Below are positions 54,819 to 61,993 of a DNA stretch of 64,000 nt, piece after piece. A program made the translations under genes and the position numbers. The stretch's first letter is position 1; every line of letters begins with the position of its first letter. The notes under the pieces are model-generated. The model saw only the letters and a program-made list of their open reading frames with translations, ran no database searches and was not told the origin of the DNA. The DNA is from Mageeibacillus sp. UBA3781 (GTDB taxonomy: Bacteria; Bacillota; Clostridia; Saccharofermentanales; Saccharofermentanaceae): contig DFFH01000130.1 in NCBI GenBank assembly GCA_002368805.1, positions 10,863 to 74,862 on the forward strand, in the 5' to 3' direction.

Positions 54819-56429
54819 TTACTTGACGTCATCAATTCTTGCCGGAATGTCTTTCGGCATGTCCTTGAATGCGGTATCGATCACCTTTTTATCAAGTTTC
54901 GGCGAGATCCAGGATACGACCGGAACGATGACAAGTCCGAATAACATGGCAAAAGCACCCGCATTGATCGGTGACGCCAGGTTGATCGGAAGGCCTGTAG
55001 GGAACTTAAAGCTATGTCCGAACAGCGGTCCGTTGCTGAGGATCAGGTGGGAGACGGTAATACCGACACCGCTGATGAAGGAAGCCCAGACAGCTGCCTT
55101 GGTAACGCCCTTCCAGAAAAGACCATAGAAGAACGGTGCCAGGAAAGAACCGGCCATCGCACCCCAGGAGATGGACATCAGCTTTGTGATGTACATATCG
55201 TTACTTCTGTATGAGTAGATCGCCAGTGCCATAGAAACCAGAACGAAGAATGCAAGGAGCAGACGGATGATGCTGACCTTCTTCTTCTCTGTCATGTCTT
55301 TGATTACGTTATCTGCCAGTACATCAAGAGTGATCGTGGAACTCGAGGTCAGCACCAGAGATGTCAATGTGGACATGGAAGCGGACAGGACAAGAACGAC
55401 GAGGATCGCGACAAGGATCGTCGGGATCGCCTTATCCAGAATGAGCGGCATGATCTTATCCATATTGAGTCCGCCGGAAGCTGTCTTGATATCGTCTGCG
55501 CCTACGAAAATACGGGAGAAACCACCCATGAAATAGGAACCGCCGGCGATAATAACTGCGAAGATCGTGGAGATGATCGTTGCTGTATGTACGGACTTAT
55601 CATCCTTGATAGAGTAGAACTTCTGCACCATCTGCGGAAGACCCCAGGTACCAAGAGAAGTAAGGATAACAACACCTAAGAGGTTCAGCGGCTCCGGTCC
55701 GAAGAGCGAGGAATAAACGCCCTGGAAGGAAGAACCGTTCGCAGCAGGAACCTTGGACAGTTCCGTCATGGAGGACATCAGACCGCCATGATAATTCAAA
55801 ACGCATACGATCGTCATCACGATACCGACGATCATGATCATACCCTGAATAAAGTCGTTGATCGCTGTGGACATGTATCCGCCGAGGATAACGTATGTGG
55901 CGGCAAGAACGCTCATAACGATAATGCAGATCTCGTATCCGTTAGAGATACGGTCCAGACGCAGAGCAGATGTGAAAAGATAGGAAAGGCCGTTAAAAAC
56001 CGACGCGGAGTAAGGGATCATGAAGATAAAGATGATCAGCGCCGATGCGATACGCAGAGCCTTGGAATTATAACGTTTACCGAAGAAATCCGGCATAGTA
56101 TTCGTATTTAATGTCTTGGTCATGATACGGCATCTCTTACCAAGCACTACCCATGCTGCCAGAGAACCGATGAAAGCATTGCCCAGACCGATCCACAGTG
56201 CCGAAACTCCGAAGTCCCATCCGAACTTACCTGCATAACCGATAAAGATAACTGCGGAGAAATACGTGGCACCAAATGAGAAAGCAGTAAGCCACGGGCC
56301 TACTCTTCTGCCACCAAGTACAAAAGAAGAAACATCTTTGGTGTTTTTTCTTGAGTACAGACCTACACCGATAATCATTGCGAAGAACACGACAATAACT
56401 ATCCCGTACAAGAGATCAAGAGAATCCAT
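54819..56429 (-). CDS. sodium:solute symporter (SSS) family transporter
   Basis: 536 aa with ~13 hydrophobic segments. Carries FVLGGRRVGPWLTAFSFGATYFSA, typical of the SSS (PutP/PanF-like) N-terminus. A GGAAGGATGG RBS is present. Confidence 0.85.
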   Translation of the reverse strand: MDSLDLLYGIVIVVFFAMIIGVGLYSRKNTKDVSSFVLGGRRVGPWLTAFSFGATYFSAVIFIGYAGKFGWDFGVSALWIGLGNAFIGSLAAWVVLGKRCRIMTKTLNTNTMPDFFGKRYNSKALRIASALIIFIFMIPYSASVFNGLSYLFTSALRLDRISNGYEICIIVMSVLAATYVILGGYMSTAINDFIQGMIMIVGIVMTIVCVLNYHGGLMSSMTELSKVPAANGSSFQGVYSSLFGPEPLNLLGVVILTSLGTWGLPQMVQKFYSIKDDKSVHTATIISTIFAVIIAGGSYFMGGFSRIFVGADDIKTASGGLNMDKIMPLILDKAIPTILVAILVVLVLSASMSTLTSLVLTSSSTITLDVLADNVIKDMTEKKKVSIIRLLLAFFVLVSMALAIYSYRSNDMYITKLMSISWGAMAGSFLAPFFYGLFWKGVTKAAVWASFISGVGITVSHLILSNGPLFGHSFKFPTGLPINLASPINAGAFAMLFGLVIVPVVSWISPKLDKKVIDTAFKDMPKDIPARIDDVK

Positions 56430-56545
56430 ATTCTACCATCCTTCCGCTGCCGATGTGAGATGACAGCCCTACAATTTATTTTCCCCCTGGAAAGAGGCAT
56501 AAAAACTACATTCCCATGATAACAGAGAAAAATAAAGATGCAAGG

Positions 56546-56690
56546 GGTTTCCCGCTTTTCCATATAGAATTCTATAAATAAGCAGTAAGGGTATATCCCT
56601 CCAGGCTCAAACAGTTTGCTTACGCAAAACTCGCCTCTCAAGATATCCCTTACCGCTTATTCTTATCTAAGTTAATGAAAAGCGGGAACC
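56546..56690 (-). repeat. three-tier nested inverted repeat (candidate structured RNA or compound terminator)
   Basis: All arms read on the minus strand. Outer arms are GGTTCCCGCTTTTC / GAAAAGCGGGAAACC. Middle arms are AATAAGCGGTAAGGGATATC / GATATACCCTTACTGCTTATT, giving 20 bp with one G.U pair and one bulge. The G.U is an A.C mismatch on the plus strand. The inner hairpin is TTTGC-GTAA-GCAAA. A TTTATTTTT tract follows. Confidence 0.5.
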
Positions 56691-57472
56691 TACTGTATTG
56701 CTATTGTCTCCCCGCAGGAGATCTCATGCATCTTCTCCCCGATTTCATCTTTTAAATAGAGGAACTGTTCCTTGCCGGTACAGTGACAGGTGTAATACTC
56801 CGCATAGGAATCGCGGACCGCTTTTACCGTGTCATCAAGTATTTCCTCGTCCCACAGAGGATCAAGCTTCATCAGATGGAGCCCGCCGAAGAACGTCTGG
56901 AACCGGAACGCATGTACCAGATTGATGATCCCTTTATGCGCACATCCGCTGATAAGATGATCCTTATACCCTTCATGGATCAGAAGATACATCTCGTGCT
57001 CATACTTTTCGTTCTCCATATACGGGCCGATCTTGACCTTCTGTCCATTCGTATGAACTGGTGTCTTCAGACGGTTCATGCAGACAAACGAAAGTTCTTC
57101 ATCGATCTTAATATCTTCCTTCACCTTTACATAACGAGGATGCCCGTCGATCGTCGGATCCAGTCCGATAAACTCATTTCTTCCGTTATAATGCGGTTCA
57201 AATGCCGCTTCATGCATATATACATTTGCTATACCATTTCTTTCCAGAAACGGAAGAAGGCCTCCGCCGTGGTCATAGTGTCCGTGCGAAAGAAATGCAA
57301 TGTCCGCCAGACCGATATCGATCCCGAGTTTTTCCGCATTCCGAATAAAGAGATCACTTGCTCCGAAATCAAAAAGGATCCGGTGCTTTTGCGTCTCGAT
57401 ATAAAGACTCAGGCCGTGCTCGGTCAAAAGTCCGCTTTTACTCGTATTATCCGAAAGAACTGTAACTTTCAT
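56690..57472 (-). CDS. MBL-fold metallo-hydrolase
   Basis: Carries FLSHGHYDHGGGL (HxHxDH motif). Length is 260 aa. Confidence 0.8.
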   Translation of the reverse strand: MKVTVLSDNTSKSGLLTEHGLSLYIETQKHRILFDFGASDLFIRNAEKLGIDIGLADIAFLSHGHYDHGGGLLPFLERNGIANVYMHEAAFEPHYNGRNEFIGLDPTIDGHPRYVKVKEDIKIDEELSFVCMNRLKTPVHTNGQKVKIGPYMENEKYEHEMYLLIHEGYKDHLISGCAHKGIINLVHAFRFQTFFGGLHLMKLDPLWDEEILDDTVKAVRDSYAEYYTCHCTGKEQFLYLKDEIGEKMHEISCGETIAIQ

Positions 57473-57476
57473 ACAC

Positions 57477-58130
57477 TCAGCTCAGGAGCGAATCGATCTC
57501 TGCAGTGATAGAGTCGATCCTCTCACTATGCTCCTGTTGTTTGCTTTCATACTCTTTACTTTTTTTAGTATATGTATCCACCTGCTGGAAAATCTCATAG
57601 AACAGATCCTGGAAAACTTCATCTCCGTTTTCCAGAATATACTCACCATCATCTTCATCGAATTCCAGCGTTATATCAATGGATGTATAGTCTTTCTCCT
57701 TGATTTTGCCGATGACTTCCTTCATAGCCTCCATCGCTTCATCTTCATCTTCGAATTCATCCATTTTATGTTCTTTAGTTAAATATTTGACTACAGTATT
57801 GTACTCGATAACATCTACCGTAGCTTCACAAGTTGTTTTTCCCTTTTTCGTCTTAACACCGTCGGAATCAACAGTTATTATCGCTTTACTCCATAGCAAT
57901 TCGTTCATCTCATCCTTGGAGATCTGTTTAACGATATTGATATATTGTTTACTGTACGCATCCCGTTCTTTCATGCCCTTATAGTCTAAGGATGTGAGTT
58001 CTTCCAGCACAGCCTCTGCTTCTTTAACTACCTTCTTATTATCCGAACCGGATTTGCAACCGGCCAGTGACAGCACCAGAACACCGGAAAGAATAGCACT
58101 GACTAATTTGACTATATTTTTCATAAACAC
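57477..58130 (-). CDS. hypothetical lipoprotein
   Basis: The lipobox is LVLSLAGCKS. The single domain ends in KEKDYTSIDITLEFDEDDGEYILENGDEVFQDLFYEIF. A coiled C-terminal tail follows. Confidence 0.6.
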   Translation of the reverse strand: MFMKNIVKLVSAILSGVLVLSLAGCKSGSDNKKVVKEAEAVLEELTSLDYKGMKERDAYSKQYINIVKQISKDEMNELLWSKAIITVDSDGVKTKKGKTTCEATVDVIEYNTVVKYLTKEHKMDEFEDEDEAMEAMKEVIGKIKEKDYTSIDITLEFDEDDGEYILENGDEVFQDLFYEIFQQVDTYTKKSKEYESKQQEHSERIDSITAEIDSLLS

Positions 58131-58152
58131 TCTCCTTTACTAAAACAATGTC

Positions 58153-60117
58153 TCAGACACGTATTCCCATTGAAGCACAAACTTCCTTGAAATCCGCGAT
58201 AGCTTGATCCTTTGTCTTGCCAAGGGCAAAGCTTTCCGCCTGGTACGCAAACTCGGAATTAAGAACTGCATCATACTCAGTAACATCGGAGGAAGATGCA
58301 CCATTGCCCGCTTCTAAAAAGATCGGGAACGCATTCTGTCCTCCAAGGAAATCCATACTGCCATCAACCATGGACAGAACCTTAGCCGATGAAACTGTAT
58401 CCTTTGTTCCTGCATCATTTAATAGACCGGCAGCCCACATATACTGCAGACCTGTGTCCGAGGTATCCAGAGTAACCCACTCAAAGAAGCGGGAAATGAA
58501 CTCTTTTTTATCAGCGTCAACGACACTGTCTTTATTGGCGAAGATCCAAGAGCCTCCCCACCAGAAGCTTACCGGAGACTGACAAACACGCCAGTCACCT
58601 CTGGTACTTCCCGCATTATAGGCCATACTATAATTTATGAGCCATGCCGGTCCGAAGAATGCAAACACTTTACGGATCTGACCGGTTTTCGGGTCTTTGG
58701 ACTTTCCGTCCATAGCATCATTCCAGTCCGTAGACCACATTCCTGTCTCATTGGACCAGTTATTCCCGATTATTTGCTTCGCGACATCAAAATATTCATC
58801 TTTTACAGGATCGATATTCAGCGCGCCATCAACGACCCACGGCGTATTTGCTCCTCTCGAGCAGACATTCCATATATCGTCTATATCTGCAACAGCTGCA
58901 TACCCTTTCTGATTCAGTTTTTTGCACGCTTCCAAAAACTTATTCCAGTTTCCGGTTCCTCCACCAACAGCATCCTGCACTACAGCAGGATCCTCTGTTC
59001 CGAAGACGTCTTTAGCGATAGATGCGGAGTAGATCATCGCTCCACCGGTGTTCTGATATGCAAGTGCTACAGTTTTCCCATCATTATTCATACCAAGCTC
59101 GACCGTGTACTTAGCTAACTCGGCATTATTCATTTTTCCGGAAAGATCATCTATGAAATCAGAATAAGGAGCCGCATACTGGGCGAATGCGCCTTTGGTA
59201 TACGGAAGAATATAATCAGACTCGGCAACATAAATGTCAGGAGCTCCGGCACCACCGGCCGTGAGCGCAGCATTTAACCTTGTCTCATATGCCTTATCCG
59301 TGTTTTGGCAGATCATTGCTGTAACTGTGTATTTTGCTGACATATCCGGATTATTGGTCATGAACACTTTGACCATACCCGCGACTTCAGGACTCATCGT
59401 ATATAGTTTGATCTCGATCGAGCCGGTGCCATAGCTTTCTTTTTGTGTCGTTACACCGTCATCAAAAGTAGGCTCTGTTGTCGTTGTGGTAGGTTCTTCA
59501 GTTGTTGTTGCAGGTAATTCCGTAGTTGTAGGAATAGTATTAGAATCCGTATAATTTTCGATCATTCCCTGGAAGTCAGTGATTCTTTCAAGCATATCAT
59601 CGTAGAGATCTTCGATAAAATCTCCTGCCGTTTCACTATCCATGGAGTACTCACCGTCTTTGATCTTAAACTCCAGTTCAAGATCATCGCGGACGATATA
59701 TTTCTTCTCCTTTTGTGCAGCTATGTTATCTTTAAAATCATCGAAACTCTCTGCATCATCGAATGCCCTCTCATAGTCAGGCATCGTAACAATGACCGAG
59801 CAGGAAGCCTTTTTCTTCGACTCTTCCACAGACTTCTCATCGATCTCATAAGATGCCTTTTCCATAACCGCTTTTACATATTTATTTCCGGCAATTTCTT
59901 TAAGCTCGGTTACAAATTGTTTTCCAACACCCAGTTCTTTATCCAGTTTCTTTATAGTTTTCGAATCCAGATTCACAGAAGCGTCAAGGAATGTATTAGC
60001 AACCGTGATACAGTTTTTTTCTTCTTGTTTTTCTTTTGAAGAAGCGCATGCGCCAAGCGAAACAAGCATTGAGAAAGACAAAACCAAACTGGATATTCTC
60101 TTAAATCTATGCCCCAT
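58153..60117 (-). CDS. lipoprotein: N-terminal module paralogous to the upstream lipoprotein, fused to an ABC-type extracellular solute-binding domain
   Basis: The lipobox is LVSLGACASS. The N-terminal module carries KEKKYIVRDDLELEFKIKDGEYSMDSETAGDFIEDLYDDM. A Thr/Pro linker (TTTELPATTTEEPTTTTTEP) follows. An SBP family-1-like region follows (YVAESDYILPY...ALAYQNTGGAMIY). Confidence 0.7.
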   Translation of the reverse strand: MGHRFKRISSLVLSFSMLVSLGACASSKEKQEEKNCITVANTFLDASVNLDSKTIKKLDKELGVGKQFVTELKEIAGNKYVKAVMEKASYEIDEKSVEESKKKASCSVIVTMPDYERAFDDAESFDDFKDNIAAQKEKKYIVRDDLELEFKIKDGEYSMDSETAGDFIEDLYDDMLERITDFQGMIENYTDSNTIPTTTELPATTTEEPTTTTTEPTFDDGVTTQKESYGTGSIEIKLYTMSPEVAGMVKVFMTNNPDMSAKYTVTAMICQNTDKAYETRLNAALTAGGAGAPDIYVAESDYILPYTKGAFAQYAAPYSDFIDDLSGKMNNAELAKYTVELGMNNDGKTVALAYQNTGGAMIYSASIAKDVFGTEDPAVVQDAVGGGTGNWNKFLEACKKLNQKGYAAVADIDDIWNVCSRGANTPWVVDGALNIDPVKDEYFDVAKQIIGNNWSNETGMWSTDWNDAMDGKSKDPKTGQIRKVFAFFGPAWLINYSMAYNAGSTRGDWRVCQSPVSFWWGGSWIFANKDSVVDADKKEFISRFFEWVTLDTSDTGLQYMWAAGLLNDAGTKDTVSSAKVLSMVDGSMDFLGGQNAFPIFLEAGNGASSSDVTEYDAVLNSEFAYQAESFALGKTKDQAIADFKEVCASMGIRV

Positions 60118-60235
60118 TTTTTATCCTCCTTTGGGATCAACATCCCCTTTCAAACCTAAAAAAATTATACTCTCATAAAATTTTCAAATCAATGTTAAGG
60201 AGGATCCGGAGACTGCAGGATTTGTTTTCCGAAGA

Positions 60236-60274
60236 AATAGAAAAAGGACTATTCAGTAACCTGAGATAGTCCTT
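60236..60274 (-). terminator. rho-independent terminator after tRNA-Leu
   Basis: 9-bp stem aaggactat (60244..60252) / atagtcctt (60266..60274). On the minus strand it is followed by tttctatttc. Confidence 0.6.
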
Positions 60275-60278
60275 ATTC

Positions 60279-60361
60279 TGGTGCGGCGAACGGGACTTGA
60301 ACCCGTATGGTCGCCCACACGCCCCTCAAACGTGCGCGTCTGCCAATTCCGCCACCGCCGC
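60279..60361 (-). tRNA. tRNA-Leu (anticodon GAG)
   Basis: The minus strand reads GCGGCGGTGGCGGAATTGGCAGACGCGCACGTTTGAGGGGCGTGTGGGCGACCATACGGGTTCAAGTCCCGTTCGCCGCACCA. It folds into a 7-bp acceptor stem and an anticodon stem CACGT/GCGTG with loop TTGAGGG. The long variable arm marks it as class II. The T-arm is ACGGG-TTCAAGT-CCCGT and the CCA end is encoded. Confidence 0.9.
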
Positions 60362-60382
60362 ATGGCTTTGAAAGCATGAATT

Positions 60383-60411
60383 ATTATACTGATAGTCCCG
60401 AACCGTGTCAA
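60383..60411 (-). promoter_or_regulatory. consensus sigma-A promoter of tRNA-Leu
   Basis: On the minus strand: TTGACA (60411..60406), a 17-nt spacer, then TATAAT (60388..60383). It lies ~22 nt upstream of the tRNA 5' end. Confidence 0.6.
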
Positions 60412-60496
60412 TAGTGAATTTCTATTTCCTTTCGCATTTCCTTTTACAGAAAGAGAATGGTAGAATAGTTAGGATATATAACACAGGAGCAAAGCT

Positions 60497-61993
60497 ATGA
60501 GACTTTCTGATCTTTTACCGTATAACGACATCGTGATCCAGTGCCATGACAATCCGGATGCGGACGCTCTAGCCAGCGGCATGGCACTTCACTGGTACTT
60601 CGCCAAGCATGGGAAACAGGTGCGTTTCATCTATCGCGGTAATAACAAACTTCAGAAAAGCAACCTTGTGATCATGCTTACGGAGCTTTCGATCCCTGTG
60701 TCATATGAACCCGGTTTCGAAGAAGAGCCGGAGCTTCTCATCACTGTGGACTGTCAGTACGGGCAGCGGAATGTTACGAAGACAAGGGCGAAGAATATAG
60801 CTATCATCGATCACCATCAGCTTACTGTCGCCCTTCCCGAACTTGCCGAGATCAGAAGCAACATCGGCAGCTGCGCGACAGTTGTCTGGGATCTGATCCG
60901 TTCTGAGGGACTGGATGTGTGCGAGGACAAGAACTTAGCTACCGCGCTCTATTACGGTCTGTATTCAGACACTAACCGTCTTTCCGAAGTGTCCCACCCA
61001 CTCGACCGTGATATGATCGATTCTTTAAATTCCGGCATTCAGCGCAGTCTGATTACTAAAATGAGTAATGCCAACATATCTCTTTCCGAATTAAAGATCA
61101 CCGGTAAAGCGATCCTGGATTTCGAATTCTTCGAAGATCACAATTATCTGATCCTTCAGGCCGAACCATGTGATCCGAACATTCTCGGCGTTATTTCAGA
61201 TTTTTCCCTTGAGACAGATAAAGTTGATGTATGCCTGGCATATTTTGTCAGCCAGTACGAGATCAAATTTTCAGTAAGAAGCTGTACGAAAGAAGTTCAC
61301 GCCAATGAACTGGCTGCTTTTCTAGCGGATGGCCTTGGCGGCGGCGGCGGTCATATTTTAAAGGCCGGCGGTTCCCTTCGTCCGGAGAAACTGGATAAAG
61401 ATCCTTCCGAACTTTTGAAGGAGCGTATGAAAGAATACTTCGATATGTTCACGATACTTTATACCAAAGATACCGTACTGGACACATCTTCAATGCCCCT
61501 TTACGAGAAACTTCCTCAGGAAGTCGGTATTGTGCGTCTTGCTGACCTCTTCCCTGCCAAGACACAGATTGAGATCCGAACTCTTGAAGGTGATGTTGTA
61601 ATTAATGTAGAGGACGATAGTTACCTCATGGTCGGCATCGAAGGTGAAGTCTATCCGACAAATGAAGAAAAGATCCGTTCCAGATATTCGGAACTTCATC
61701 GCCCTTACTCAAGAAAAGTCGAGTACTCGCCAAGTATCAAAAATCTCGCTACCGGTCAGAGGATCGACGTCATGCAGTATGCGCAGGCAGTGGTCAGCAG
61801 TGGTGGCGGACTGATCTACGCAAAGCCTCTCGATCGCAGTGTGAAGCTCTTTACACAGTGGGACGAAGAAAAATACTATCTCGGGAACGTCGGTGATTAT
61901 ATCGCCGTTCGTGAAGAGGATGAGCATGACATCTATATTATAAAGAAGCAATTATTCCCACTGCTTTATAAGCAGGTGGAAACTATCAGCTGA
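60497..61993 (+). CDS. DHH/DHHA1-family phosphoesterase with ~170-aa uncharacterised C-terminal domain
   Basis: Carries HDNPDADALASG (DxD), IAIIDHHQ (DHH) and GLGGGGGHILKAGG (the DHHA1 GGGH motif). Residues ~330-498 match no family I recognise. Confidence 0.8.
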   Translation: MRLSDLLPYNDIVIQCHDNPDADALASGMALHWYFAKHGKQVRFIYRGNNKLQKSNLVIMLTELSIPVSYEPGFEEEPELLITVDCQYGQRNVTKTRAKNIAIIDHHQLTVALPELAEIRSNIGSCATVVWDLIRSEGLDVCEDKNLATALYYGLYSDTNRLSEVSHPLDRDMIDSLNSGIQRSLITKMSNANISLSELKITGKAILDFEFFEDHNYLILQAEPCDPNILGVISDFSLETDKVDVCLAYFVSQYEIKFSVRSCTKEVHANELAAFLADGLGGGGGHILKAGGSLRPEKLDKDPSELLKERMKEYFDMFTILYTKDTVLDTSSMPLYEKLPQEVGIVRLADLFPAKTQIEIRTLEGDVVINVEDDSYLMVGIEGEVYPTNEEKIRSRYSELHRPYSRKVEYSPSIKNLATGQRIDVMQYAQAVVSSGGGLIYAKPLDRSVKLFTQWDEEKYYLGNVGDYIAVREEDEHDIYIIKKQLFPLLYKQVETIS

